Assembly (NCBI GenBank): GCA_035649575.1
Contig: DASRJH010000031.1
Span: forward strand, 2,746 to 66,745
Reading direction: 5' to 3'
DNA: 64,000 nt
Source of the DNA: Planctomycetota bacterium
Lineage (GTDB): Bacteria > Planctomycetota > UBA1135 > UBA2386
Positions within the stretch are counted from its first letter, which is position 1. Each line of letters starts with the position of its first letter. The translations under genes and the position numbers were made by a program. Positions 17,136 to 26,881 of this stretch are shown in pieces. The notes below the pieces were generated by a model. The model worked only from the letters and a program-made list of their open reading frames with translations. It made no database searches and was not told the origin of the DNA.

Positions 17136-18905
17136 CTACTTGCCGTCAGAGAGCTTGCACTCGATCAGGCCACCCTTGTCCGACGTGTCCTCGAACACGA
17201 GGCAGCGATTCGCCGCCGGCCCTTCCATCGTCAACACGATCCGCCGCCGCTCCGCGGTCTCGGCAGTCGCACAATCGGGTCGCAGCGAGGTCAAGGCGAC
17301 CGAGAACGGCGGCTCGGTCGCGACTTCGCAGGACCGCCACTTCGTCTCGTGGGCCCACACCATGTGCAGCAGCAGTTGTTTCGTCGCCGTGCGGAGCCGG
17401 TACCAGCTCTCGCCCGCTTGGAGCATCGCGGACCCCACGTATTCGATCGCGATGGGTGCTCCGTTTTCCTTCTTCCACGCGCGCAGCAGATCGCGCGCCG
17501 CCGCACCGTTGCTCGGCGCGATGAATGCTTCGCCATCGACGGTGGCTGTGTCGGCCAACATCTGTTCGACGAGCCGCAGGCCGCGATCTTCGTGGTGCCG
17601 CATCAGGTCTTCCTTCGGCGGTGGCCAGTAGCCCTGGGCCACGCGCACCGAAGCCTGCAGACCCCAGCCCGACAGGCGCAGCCCACCCGCGTGGCGTTCG
17701 ATCACGAACGTGCCGCCGCCGCGCGGCAGCACGTACGTGCCGACGAAGCGCTCGGCCTCGGCTGCACTGAATGCGCCCTCCGTCGCGGGCGCGGTGGCCG
17801 GCGTGCCGGGCGCCGGCGTCGTGCCGGGTGCCGGTGTGCCGTTCGCCGCGAGCGGTGCCCCCGGGCGCAGCATCTGGTTCCACTCTGCCACGAGCGCTTG
17901 CTGCAGGTCCTGCAGCGAACCCCAGTCCTCGGTCAACATCACGATCCAGCTCTTCGACTTGCGGTGCACGATCCAGGCCGCGCGATAGCCGACCGTCTCG
18001 CCGCCGACGCGCACGAGCGTCTCGCCGTTGCCGGGCAGCTCGGCGACCTCGTAGCCCGGCGCACCGGGCAACGGCCGCCACAGCACCTGCAGCAGTTCCT
18101 CCGAGAGCAACGACCCCGACAGCAGGCCGCGCAGCAGCGCGTGCACGTCGAGCACCGAAGCGAGCACACCGCGCGCGCCGCGGTGCGACCAATTGAGGTC
18201 GAACGACGTCGCGGGTTCGCCGCGTTCGTTCTGCGGCGTCCGGCGCGACGACACGAGTCTCGCGTCGGGCCGCGCAGTGCAGAGCACGGCCGTGCTCATG
18301 CCAAACGGCTTCGTGACGCCGTCGGACAGCAGCTTCTCGAGCCGGAGCTTCGTCATTTCCTCGAGCACGAGCGCGAGCAGGTTGCTGTTCACTGGCGAGT
18401 AAGCCACCACGCGACCCGCGCGCTGCGCCAACGGAGTCGCCGCGATGGCCTGCAGCGCGACGCGATTCACGCTGGCCGGCGCCTTGCCCCACGCCGCTTC
18501 GGGCGGCAGGCCGGACACGTGGCGCACGAGGTCGTCGAGCGTGATGGCGGCCTTGTCGGCGGGCCAGCCGGCGACGAGCTTGCTGACCGGATCCTCGAGG
18601 CGCACCTTCTTCTCCGCGCATAGCCGCAGCGCACAGAGCAGCGTCAGCTGTTGCGATGCTCCGCCGAGGTCGAACAGCGTCTGCGGCCCGTTCGGCACCT
18701 TGAGCCGATCCGCGAGGCCATAGCCCTTGGCGAGCAGTATCTTGCCCTCGACGGCGACGAGCACGGCCCCCCAGAAGCCGGACGCCTTGCTCGTGATCAC
18801 GCTGTCGAGCTTGAGACCCTGGTCGCCTTCCACGATCGTGCCCGGCGGCTGCTTCTGGGCCACGAGGCAGGAGGTGAGCCACACGACGAAGAACAGGCGG
18901 TGCAC
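17136..18905 (-). CDS. Secreted beta-lactamase-fold (serine hydrolase family) protein with a C-terminal extension; active-site motif appears degenerate
   Basis: MHRLFFVVWLTSCLVAQ signal. GAVLVAVEGKILLAKGYGLADR..TLFDLGGASQQLTLLCALRL has beta-lactamase family architecture, but the position of SxxK reads SQQL. Confidence 0.7.
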   Translation of the reverse strand: MHRLFFVVWLTSCLVAQKQPPGTIVEGDQGLKLDSVITSKASGFWGAVLVAVEGKILLAKGYGLADRLKVPNGPQTLFDLGGASQQLTLLCALRLCAEKKVRLEDPVSKLVAGWPADKAAITLDDLVRHVSGLPPEAAWGKAPASVNRVALQAIAATPLAQRAGRVVAYSPVNSNLLALVLEEMTKLRLEKLLSDGVTKPFGMSTAVLCTARPDARLVSSRRTPQNERGEPATSFDLNWSHRGARGVLASVLDVHALLRGLLSGSLLSEELLQVLWRPLPGAPGYEVAELPGNGETLVRVGGETVGYRAAWIVHRKSKSWIVMLTEDWGSLQDLQQALVAEWNQMLRPGAPLAANGTPAPGTTPAPGTPATAPATEGAFSAAEAERFVGTYVLPRGGGTFVIERHAGGLRLSGWGLQASVRVAQGYWPPPKEDLMRHHEDRGLRLVEQMLADTATVDGEAFIAPSNGAAARDLLRAWKKENGAPIAIEYVGSAMLQAGESWYRLRTATKQLLLHMVWAHETKWRSCEVATEPPFSVALTSLRPDCATAETAERRRIVLTMEGPAANRCLVFEDTSDKGGLIECKLSDGK

Positions 18906-19005
18906 CCTCGCATCCTACCGCAACGCCTGCGGTGATCACCTGCGTCGATCCAGCGTCGAACCCGCATCCATCGATCGGCGTCACGGGTTGTAGCCCGCGC
19001 CGCCG

Positions 19006-20364
19006 GTGACCATGCCGCCGCACACAACTACTATGTTCACAATGGCACTGCGGCGGACATACGGGACCGGGTTCGTGCTCGGCCTGCTGTGTATTGGCGC
19101 CGGCAGCCCGCTGCGCGCCCAGGACGACCTGCGCGACGTCGTCACGCTGCACCACGGCCAGCAGGTCCGCGGCCGTATCTACGAAGCCTTCGAGCCCGAC
19201 GAAGTGACGCTGCTGCAAGGCCGACAGCGCGTGCGCATCGAACGATCCCAGATCGCTTCGATCCAATCGATCCGCGACGAGGCCCGCGAGTTCTTCGTGC
19301 GGCACGATCGGCTCCTGGGCAACGACCGCTATCGGTGGTGGCTCGCCGAGTGGGCCGAGAGCCGCGGGCTGCACGCTCTCGCGCGTCTGCAGGCGACGGA
19401 CGTCGTCCTGCACGAACCGGACCACGAAGCCGCGCGTGCGCTGCTCGGCCATCGCCGTCGCGGCAAGCACTGGCTGTGGCCACGCAAGGACCAGTGGTTC
19501 ACGCTGGCCGAGTACGAAGCGTATTGTGCCGAATGGGGCCATGCGTTCGTGCTCGAGGGCGAACACTTCGTCGTGCAGACGAACGGCGGGCTGCGCGCGG
19601 CGATCGGCACGGTGTTCGACCTCGAACGGCTCTACGTCTGGTGGTTCGACACGTTCGGCAAGCCGCTGCAGCTGCGCGAAGTGGTCGACCCGAAGATGCT
19701 CGTGCAGGTGTGGCGCGACCGCGACCACTTCCCGGCCTGGAGCAGCATCGTGCAGCCCTACTTCAAGCCGCGCGTCGACGTCGCGGGCACGACCGAGCAG
19801 TCGACGAGCTACGCGTTCTTCGAGAATCACTCGGCCCCACGCGCCACGCGTCTGTTCGAGGTCGCGGTGCAGCACCTGCTCTACCGCACGGTGGCCGACG
19901 ACCCGCCGTTCCCGACGCAGAAGGAACGGCTCTGCGCCTGGGGCGAAGTCGGCCTCGGCCAGTATGTCGACCGGCTGTTCCAGGGCCCACCTGGCCACGC
20001 CGGGCCGCAGCCGTGGCGCATGGTGCTCGAAGAAGGCCAGCTCGTGCTGCGCGAGCGCAGCTACGGCCTCGAGATCCTCACGCACCGTCAAGCGCGCCAG
20101 TTCTTCATCACGGTCGCCGACAACACGCCGCTCGATTGGGCGTCAGCGCACCTGTTCGTCGCCTACCTGATGGACAAGGACCGGCAGCCAGTGCTGCGCG
20201 ACGCGTTCCTGCAGTTCCTGTTCCAGGCGCTGCGTCTGGGCAAGGGCGAGAGCAGCTCGGCGTTCGACAAGCTGCTCGGCAGGAAGGTCGAGACGCTCGA
20301 ACTGCCGTGGCGGCAGTGGATCGAGGTCGAAGTGCAGAAGCTGCTCGCGCGGCCCGGCGGCTAG
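19006..20364 (+). CDS. Secreted hypothetical protein
   Basis: Signal-like ALRRTYGTGFVLGLLCIGAGSPLRAQ and good coding composition throughout. No catalytic motif recognised. The true start is probably an internal Met near 19036. Confidence 0.6.
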   Translation: MTMPPHTTTMFTMALRRTYGTGFVLGLLCIGAGSPLRAQDDLRDVVTLHHGQQVRGRIYEAFEPDEVTLLQGRQRVRIERSQIASIQSIRDEAREFFVRHDRLLGNDRYRWWLAEWAESRGLHALARLQATDVVLHEPDHEAARALLGHRRRGKHWLWPRKDQWFTLAEYEAYCAEWGHAFVLEGEHFVVQTNGGLRAAIGTVFDLERLYVWWFDTFGKPLQLREVVDPKMLVQVWRDRDHFPAWSSIVQPYFKPRVDVAGTTEQSTSYAFFENHSAPRATRLFEVAVQHLLYRTVADDPPFPTQKERLCAWGEVGLGQYVDRLFQGPPGHAGPQPWRMVLEEGQLVLRERSYGLEILTHRQARQFFITVADNTPLDWASAHLFVAYLMDKDRQPVLRDAFLQFLFQALRLGKGESSSAFDKLLGRKVETLELPWRQWIEVEVQKLLARPGG

Positions 20365-20370
20365 GCGTTC

Positions 20371-21087
20371 ATGCGACTCAGGCTCTACTCGGAACTCGCG
20401 GATTGGTGGCCCCTCGTCTCGCCGTCCGCCGACTACGCGGACGAAGCGCGGGTCTACGCGGAGCTGCTGCGCGACGGCCGCGCCCGAGCACCGCGGCTTC
20501 AGGCACTCGAGCTCGGCAGCGGCGGTGGCCACTGTTCGCTGCACATGCGCGACGGACTCGAGTTCACGTTGAGCGACGTGTCGCCCGAGATGCTCGCGCT
20601 GAGCTACCGGTTGCAACCGGACCTCGAGCACGCGCTCGGCGACATGCGCACGATGCGGCTCGGCCGCGAGTTCGATGCCGTGTTCGTGCACGACGCGATC
20701 ATGTACATGACGACGCGCGCGGACCTCGAGGCCGCGTGCCGGACCGCGTTCGTGCACTGCAAGCGCGGCGGCGTGGCACTGTTCTTGCCCGACTTCGTGC
20801 GCGAGACGTTCGCTGCGGGCACCGACCACGGCGGCGTCGACGCACAGGATCGGGCCATGCGTTATCTCGAATGGGTACACGACGCCGACGGCCACCGCGT
20901 GCCGGTCGATTTCGTGTTCGCGCTGCGTGAAGGGAACAACACGCGGATCGTGCACGATCACCACGAGTGGGGTCTGTTCTCGACGAGCGAGTGGCTCGGC
21001 GTGCTGCACGGCGTCGGTTTCGCGGCCGAGCGCCAGACGCTGCCCGGGGAAGACCGCCGATGCTTCGTCGCGCGGCGCTCTGACTGA
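20371..21087 (+). CDS. Class I SAM-dependent methyltransferase
   Basis: LELGSGGGHCSLHM (motif I GxGxG), FDAVFVHDAIMYM (motif II/III context). Confidence 0.75.
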   Translation: MRLRLYSELADWWPLVSPSADYADEARVYAELLRDGRARAPRLQALELGSGGGHCSLHMRDGLEFTLSDVSPEMLALSYRLQPDLEHALGDMRTMRLGREFDAVFVHDAIMYMTTRADLEAACRTAFVHCKRGGVALFLPDFVRETFAAGTDHGGVDAQDRAMRYLEWVHDADGHRVPVDFVFALREGNNTRIVHDHHEWGLFSTSEWLGVLHGVGFAAERQTLPGEDRRCFVARRSD

Positions 21088-21097
21088 GCCTGTGCGA

Positions 21098-21260
21098 TCT
21101 TGATGCGGCCATGACGGAGTCGCGCGCGTTTTGATGCGGCCATGACCTTTCGACGAAAGGGCGGCACGGACGAGTCGAGCGTGTTCGCATTGCGCACGGA
21201 GCCGCTCGCGTTTTGACGCGGCCATGACAGAGACACGCGCGTTTTTCACGCGCCCATGAT
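21098..21260. repeat. Four copies of a ~19-20 nt motif (G)TTTTGAYGCGGCCATGAC, arranged as two tandem pairs
   Basis: Copies at 21098-21115 (tcTTGATGCGGCCATGAC), 21128-21146 (gTTTTGATGCGGCCATGAC), 21210-21228 (gTTTTGACGCGGCCATGAC) and 21241-21260 (gTTTTTCACGCGCCCATGAT). Each is preceded by a CGCGC-rich stretch. The palindrome CCTTTCGACGAAAGG lies between the pairs. Confidence 0.6.
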
Positions 21261-21375
21261 CTGTCGTCGAGGTAACTGCCGAGCGGCCCGCGGTAGTGCA
21301 ATCAACCTCTCTGAATGCGCAGCGCGCATGCCCCCGCGCGACTGCGCGTAGCCGCTCTCGACAAAGGAGACGCAT

Positions 21376-22929
21376 ATGCACGAGTCCCAGGAACCCCAAA
21401 CGCTCGGGAATCGCCTCGCGGCGACGCCGTGGCTGATGACCGCGATCATGCTGCACGTTGCCGCAGTCGCGATTGCCAGCATCCTCTACTACACGCACGG
21501 TTCGGCCATCGACGACGCGATGCCGACCGAAGTCGCGCTGACCACGCGGCCGCCGGCAATGCCCGAGTTCGCGCCGCCGGAGATCATCGATCGGCTCACG
21601 GTACCGCAGATCGCGTTCGACGAGATCCCAACGACCGACAACCCGTTCGATGCGCTGCAAGACGAGAAGTCCGAGCAGACCAACGAGGCCGATATCACCG
21701 CCGAGCTGGCCGGGATGAGGGGCAACGACGGCGGCGCGACGGCCATCGGCGCCGGTGAAGGGCACTACGGTCCCGTGCCGTCGCCGTTCGGTGGCAGGCC
21801 CGGCGGCCCCGGGAAGTACGGGAATCGCCCCACCGGCGGCGGCCCGTCGAGCGACCACCTCACGGACGACGCCGTGATGCGTGGTCTGCTCTGGCTCAAG
21901 AACCACCAGGACGCGGACGGCCGCTGGGACGCGGACCAGTTCATGAAGCACGACGTCGCGGGCGATCCATGCACGGGTCCCGGCAACGCCGGCACCGATG
22001 TCGGCGTGACGGGTCTCGCGCTGCTCGCCTTCCTCGGCAGGGGCAACACGCTGCGCGAGGGCCCGTTCCGCGAAGTCGTACGCAGCGGCATGCGCTGGCT
22101 CGTCGACCAGCAGGACGAGAGCGGCCGCATCGGCGAACCGGCTTCGCAGAGCTACATGTACTCGCACGCGATCGCGACGCTGGCGATCTGCGAGGCCTAC
22201 GGCCTCTCCGACATCGCCGGAGTCACGCGGAGCAGGAACTACAGCAGGCTCAGGAAGCCCGCGCAGAACGCGATCAACTTCATCGTGCAGGCGCGCAACC
22301 CGTATGGCGTATGGCGCTACGAACCGAAATGCGCCGATGGCGACACGTCGATCACGGCCTGGATGGTGCAGGCCCTCCTGTCGGCGAAGGAGTTCGAGCT
22401 GCTCGTCGACGATGCGGCGCTAAAGTCCGCCACCGTGTGGTTCGACAGCGTGACGGACACCGCGACCGGTGCTTCGGGTTACACGCGACTCGGCGACGGC
22501 AGCTCGCGGCCCGTCGGCAAGCAGAACCAGTTCCCGTCGGCGCGCAGCGAGGCGTTGACGGCTGCGGTCCTGCTGTGCCGCTACTTGATGCACCAGGAAC
22601 CGAAGGACGTGCCGACCATGAGCCTCGCCGCCGAGACGATGCTCAAGAAGCCGCCCGTGTGGAACGAAGCCGACGGCTCGATCGACATGTACTACTGGTA
22701 CTACGCGAGCTACGCGCTCTACCAGGCGGGCGGCAAGCCGTGGGACACCTGGTCCAAGAAGATGGTCGCGGCGTCCATCAAGACGCAGCGACAGGACGGC
22801 AATGCGAAGGGCTCGTGGGATCCCGTCGACGCGTGGGGCGAAGACGGCGGCCGCGTCTACGCGACCGCGATCATGGTGCTGATCCTGGAAGCCCAGTATC
22901 GCTACGCGCGCGTGCTCGGCGGTCGCTGA
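21376..22929 (+). CDS. Membrane-anchored prenyltransferase/squalene-oxidase-repeat (alpha/alpha-toroid) protein
   Basis: AGGAG before the ATG. TM helix TPWLMTAIMLHVAAVAIASILYY. Repeats such as AVMRGLLWLKNHQDADGRWD, GVTGLALLAFLGRG, GMRWLVDQQDESGRIG, YSHAIATLAICEAY, AINFIVQARNPYGVWRY and TAWMVQALL. Confidence 0.75.
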   Translation: MHESQEPQTLGNRLAATPWLMTAIMLHVAAVAIASILYYTHGSAIDDAMPTEVALTTRPPAMPEFAPPEIIDRLTVPQIAFDEIPTTDNPFDALQDEKSEQTNEADITAELAGMRGNDGGATAIGAGEGHYGPVPSPFGGRPGGPGKYGNRPTGGGPSSDHLTDDAVMRGLLWLKNHQDADGRWDADQFMKHDVAGDPCTGPGNAGTDVGVTGLALLAFLGRGNTLREGPFREVVRSGMRWLVDQQDESGRIGEPASQSYMYSHAIATLAICEAYGLSDIAGVTRSRNYSRLRKPAQNAINFIVQARNPYGVWRYEPKCADGDTSITAWMVQALLSAKEFELLVDDAALKSATVWFDSVTDTATGASGYTRLGDGSSRPVGKQNQFPSARSEALTAAVLLCRYLMHQEPKDVPTMSLAAETMLKKPPVWNEADGSIDMYYWYYASYALYQAGGKPWDTWSKKMVAASIKTQRQDGNAKGSWDPVDAWGEDGGRVYATAIMVLILEAQYRYARVLGGR

Positions 22930-22951
22930 GAGCTACGCGCCGCGAACGCGC

Positions 22952-25303
22952 TCAGGCCCGGCCGAGCCGGAACATGCGCAGGCCGGACCAACGTTCGCAG
23001 AGCGCGAGCACGACGACCGCCAGCACGGCCCAGAGCGCCCAAGCCGGCACCGCCGAGACGACCTTGCGCACGACAGCCGGCGCCGGCGCCGCTGCGGGAC
23101 TGTCGGGGCCCACCGGTGCCTGCCCCGCGAGGCCGGCGAGCAACTCGACGTCGTGTGGCGTCGGCGCGATCGGCGTCACCTCCCATGCATCGAGCAGCGA
23201 CTTCGGCGTGCGCACACCTTCGGCCGGCAGCACCCCCTGGATCCACGTGGCCAGGCGCGCCGGGAACGCGCGCTCGGCGCGGAACTCGCTGCCGGCATCG
23301 CCGCACAGATCGGCCGCAAACGCGCCGACGCGCCCGAGCCCTCGATTCGCGTAGCACAAGAGCGGCCAGCCGTTCTCGCCGGCGACGAGCAGGACCTGCG
23401 CGTCGAACGGCGCCGTGCCGGCGACCGCACCACCCAACGTCGGCCACGCGGCCTCGGGCAGCGGCTCGAGCAACCTCGACTCGGCGACGGCCCGCACCGC
23501 GATGCGCTGCGGCGCCGGTTCGGGGACCGACGCCGGTGCCGGCTTGGGTGGATCGACCTTCGGCTTGCTCGGCGGCGGCTGTGCCGGCGGCGTGCTCGAG
23601 CCCGGTGCATTGCGCGGCTGCCGGCCGACGCGCTGCAGCGAGCGCGTGACTTCGGCGGTGACGAACACGGGGACCGCGGCGACGTCTTCGACCGGGAAGA
23701 ACTGGCCGCCGCCATCGCGCGTCAGCAACTCGGCCTCCTTGATGAACTGCGGGCCCGTCTGCGCGTCGACGATCGAGATGATCGACAGCGTGATCTTGTC
23801 CCCCGTGCGCATCTTGTGCGCGAGACTGCGCAGAGCGAGGCTCTCTTCGCCACGGAACTCGCCGTCCGTGATGACCACGAGGTGCTTGACCGCGGCGCGG
23901 CTCGGCCGCAGCAGTTCGTGAGCCACGCGCAGACCGCTGAGCAGGAAGGTGTTCTCGGACGCATGCGCGAGGCGTTCGATGCCGGCGCGAACGGTCGCCG
24001 TGTTCAAGGCGTCGGTCAACGCCAGCTCCGCGCGTCCGGCGTCCTTGTTGCCGAAGGTGACGATCGCGACCTGGTCACCTTCGTCGAGCGCCTGGGCGGT
24101 GCGCAGCGCGCTCGACTTCGCATAACTCATCTTCGTCCTGCCGTCGCGCAGCTCCATGCCCATGCTGCCCGAACGATCGACGAGCAGGACCATCGCGATC
24201 GCGCGCTTGTCGACTTCGATCGGGTCCTTCGACACGGGACTCGCGCCGCGGATGTCGCCGCTCGGCGGCTCGTCGTCGGGCGGCGGCAAGGGCGGCGTCA
24301 CCGGTGGCTCGCCGCCTGGCGGCCCGCCCGCACCCGCGCCATCCGGCTTCGACTCGATGGGCAGCGGCCGCACGGGCAGGATCGCGCGCACTGGCTCCTC
24401 GGCGGCGCCGAAACCGGGCGCGAGCACGAACAGCCCCATGCCGTCGATCACCGCGGCGACGATCGCCTGCTGGTCGGCGGCCGGCAGGCCCTGCCCCACC
24501 ACGAGTGCCGCAGCCGTGCGCCAGTCCGGCGGCAGGCTCGCGGCTTCTTCGACGGCGACACCCTGCGCACGCAGCGCCGCGGCGGCGGTCATGCTCGGTT
24601 CGAGCACGAGCACGCGCGGTGGAGCCGCAACGGCGAACTCGCCGCGACAGATCACGCGGTGATCGGCGACCTCGGCCGTGAGCTCGATGCGGTGCACACC
24701 GGGCGCGGTTGCGGTGAACGTGCACTCGGCAGGCGGGCTGGTGCCGAGCGATACGCGCTCGCGGAACACTTCGCGTTCGCCCGAGTACACGGTCAAGACG
24801 GCCGCGAGCGGCTGCTGCAGGATCGGGGACTCGAGCTGGAGCAGCAGCGGACGATCGACCGTGCACGCACCGGACGCGCGCACCTGCAGCAGGCCTGGCT
24901 GCACCGGCAGTGCTCTGACCTGCAGCCGTGCCCTGGCGCCGAGCGGCCCGCGTCCGATGCCGTCGCCGAGCGCGTCCGACCAGCAGAGCTCGAGGTCGGC
25001 GGCGCGCGGCCCGGCCGTGGCCGCCGCGGCCAGGGCCCGCGTGCGCGCATCGACATCACGCTGGCCGATCGCGGCGGCTGCCGTGCGCGCTTCCTGCTGC
25101 TCGAAGTGCACGCGCTGCGGGTCGAGCGCGAGCGCGGCGAAACCGAGCACGACGCCCCAGGCGCAAAAGCGCGCTGCGGCCGGCGTGCGCGCGGTCAACA
25201 GGCCGATGCCCGCGACGAGCAGCGCTGCGACAAGGATCACGGTCACGGCCGCCGCCCGCCCGGCAGGAAGGGCCCCCCGGGCAGGAACACCGGGGACAAC
25301 CAA
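22952..25303 (-). CDS. Membrane protein with a von Willebrand factor A (VWA) domain, BatA-like architecture
   Basis: MIDAS motif in [14 protein letters not shown], then [10 protein letters not shown] and LVVITDGEF. Hydrophobic N- and C-terminal segments. The true start may be downstream of 25303, since the track start overlaps the upstream gene. Confidence 0.8.
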   Translation of the reverse strand: MVVPGVPARGALPAGRAAAVTVILVAALLVAGIGLLTARTPAAARFCAWGVVLGFAALALDPQRVHFEQQEARTAAAAIGQRDVDARTRALAAAATAGPRAADLELCWSDALGDGIGRGPLGARARLQVRALPVQPGLLQVRASGACTVDRPLLLQLESPILQQPLAAVLTVYSGEREVFRERVSLGTSPPAECTFTATAPGVHRIELTAEVADHRVICRGEFAVAAPPRVLVLEPSMTAAAALRAQGVAVEEAASLPPDWRTAAALVVGQGLPAADQQAIVAAVIDGMGLFVLAPGFGAAEEPVRAILPVRPLPIESKPDGAGAGGPPGGEPPVTPPLPPPDDEPPSGDIRGASPVSKDPIEVDKRAIAMVLLVDRSGSMGMELRDGRTKMSYAKSSALRTAQALDEGDQVAIVTFGNKDAGRAELALTDALNTATVRAGIERLAHASENTFLLSGLRVAHELLRPSRAAVKHLVVITDGEFRGEESLALRSLAHKMRTGDKITLSIISIVDAQTGPQFIKEAELLTRDGGGQFFPVEDVAAVPVFVTAEVTRSLQRVGRQPRNAPGSSTPPAQPPPSKPKVDPPKPAPASVPEPAPQRIAVRAVAESRLLEPLPEAAWPTLGGAVAGTAPFDAQVLLVAGENGWPLLCYANRGLGRVGAFAADLCGDAGSEFRAERAFPARLATWIQGVLPAEGVRTPKSLLDAWEVTPIAPTPHDVELLAGLAGQAPVGPDSPAAAPAPAVVRKVVSAVPAWALWAVLAVVVLALCERWSGLRMFRLGRA

Positions 25304-26490
25304 TCGATGCGGTCGCCGAGCTCGCGCCCGTGCCCGAAGTCGGCCTCGAGCGTCAAGGTGTCGCCGGGTTTCACCGGCAAAGCACCGGTGTCCTGCGGCG
25401 CCCGGCCCGCGGCGAGCCCGAGCCGTTCGAACACGAGCTTGCCGTTCACGAGCACACGCACGTCCGCGTTGGCCTGCACACGCAGCTCGGCGGCGCTGTC
25501 GTCGAGTCCGACGCGCGTCCAGAAGCGTTCACAGCCCTCGGGCACCTGGAACGACAGGCGACTCCGGCTGTGCACGCCGAGACCCTTGCCGTGGGCCCGG
25601 CCGCCGGCCAGCAGCGGCCCTCCCAACGCCGCATGGTCCCGTTGCCACGGGTAGACGACATCCCCCTCGAAGCCGCTCTCGGCCACTTCGCTCGGTTTCA
25701 GGTCCGACAGGAAGGTGCCGACGCCGGCGAACGAGAGGCAGGCGAGATCCGACAGGCGCAGGTCGACGACCGCGCCGCCTTCGAGCTCGCACTGGACCAC
25801 CTTCGTCGTGAGTTTGCGCACGGTGATGCCGAGCCGGTCGCCGGTGCGGGTCAGCAGCTGCACGGGAGCCGGCCCGCTGCGCGGCGCCGCGTCGGCGATG
25901 CGCAAGGCCACGAATTCCGTGGCCGCGTACCAGCGCGCGGCGCCCGCCGCGGGCTGGAACTTCACGCCTTGCTCGCCGAACTGGTGCAGCGTGCCCGCGA
26001 CGAGGTCGTAGCCGACCTGCGCGCGCAGGTAGAGCGCTTCGCCTACACCTTCGGGCAACTCGAGCAGCGTCGGCCGCGCGACTCCGGCAGCAGCCAACAC
26101 GGCGATGCGATCCACGGCGATCGAGACGCGCCCGAGCACCGGGGAGAGCAACTCGAGGTGATCCCCCGTCGCATCACCACCCGCGACGACACCGCGCACG
26201 ACCTCGCCGCCGCAGAGGTAGGCAGCAGGCAGCTCGGCGATCTTCGCGGGCGCGCCGTGCACCGCGAGCAGCTCACCGGCGGCCACGCGCCGGCGCATGC
26301 CGGCCGCGACCACCTCGACACCCTGGGCCGGGTCGCCCGTGAGCTCGGTCGCGAGCAGCGTCGTGCCGTCGCGCAGCGCGATCTCGAGCGGCGGCGCCTG
26401 CGCCGGCACGGCCCCGAGCGCGCCGAGCCACGCGAGCACGCACGCAGCAGGAACTGATGGTTTGAGTGGACCTGCCACTGCCCGATGCAT
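25243..26490 (-). CDS. Secreted protein with a C-terminal NPCBM-like carbohydrate-binding domain
   Basis: Start at ATG 26490 ([32 protein letters not shown] signal). C-terminus [60 protein letters not shown] is the NPCBM pattern. The N-terminal ~170 aa of the track ORF is rejected as junk. Confidence 0.7.
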   Translation of the reverse strand: MHRAVAGPLKPSVPAACVLAWLGALGAVPAQAPPLEIALRDGTTLLATELTGDPAQGVEVVAAGMRRRVAAGELLAVHGAPAKIAELPAAYLCGGEVVRGVVAGGDATGDHLELLSPVLGRVSIAVDRIAVLAAAGVARPTLLELPEGVGEALYLRAQVGYDLVAGTLHQFGEQGVKFQPAAGAARWYAATEFVALRIADAAPRSGPAPVQLLTRTGDRLGITVRKLTTKVVQCELEGGAVVDLRLSDLACLSFAGVGTFLSDLKPSEVAESGFEGDVVYPWQRDHAALGGPLLAGGRAHGKGLGVHSRSRLSFQVPEGCERFWTRVGLDDSAAELRVQANADVRVLVNGKLVFERLGLAAGRAPQDTGALPVKPGDTLTLEADFGHGRELGDRIDWLSPVFLPGGPFLPGGRRP

Positions 26491-26881
26491 GTTCACACCC
26501 GTGAGTCCCCGACGGATTGTGCGTCCCGGGGGCGTGTCCACGCAAACCATCAGTCCCCACGCGGCCGGGGCTTGCATGCCAGAATGGCGTCCGCCGCGGC
26601 CAGCGGAACCTGGGCGGCTGCCAGAATGACGCGGAAAGCATCGCCGCGGACCAGGCGTCACGAACGGGGGCTCCCACTCAAGCTTGTCCATCACAGGTCT
26701 TTGCATCCTACCCGCGACGCGGGCCAGTGGCTGCTGGAACTCGGCACCAGGTTTGCCTTGCGGCGCGCCTCGTTCGCCGAACCGCACCCATCGGTGCGGC
26801 GGTTCCACGTGCGACGCCGCCTCGACGAGGTGGCCGCGCGCCACCTCCCACGAAGTATCCAGATACCCCTCCGAGGCTGTG

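Noticed and set aside
17146-20091. 981-aa minus-strand ORF
   Set aside because: It spans the beta-lactamase-fold gene in a different frame and runs antisense to the 19006-20364 gene. It is Arg-rich with no motifs.
21098-21260. Possibility that the repeat array is a small CRISPR array
   Set aside because: There are only four imperfect copies, the repeats are too short (19-20 nt), the spacing is irregular (about 31, 82 and 31 bp), and no cas genes are nearby.
20143-22167. 674-aa minus-strand ORF crossing the methyltransferase gene, the repeat array and the start of 21376..22929
   Set aside because: It is antisense to two well-supported genes. The internal 'MAASKR' repeats are simply translations of the intergenic DNA repeat.
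26491-26881. CIRCE or HAIR heat-shock operator, or a sigma-32-type promoter, upstream of groEL1
   Set aside because: No TTAGCACTC/GAGTGCTAA halves are present. Only a single ACTCAAG half-site within ACTCAAGCTTG occurs, with no CTTGAGT partner at N7. A CTTG..N..CCTACCC resemblance to sigma-32 promoters is too weak to call. A modest hairpin at 26779-26805 (CCGCACC-CATC-GGTGCGG) is noted but not convincing as a regulator.
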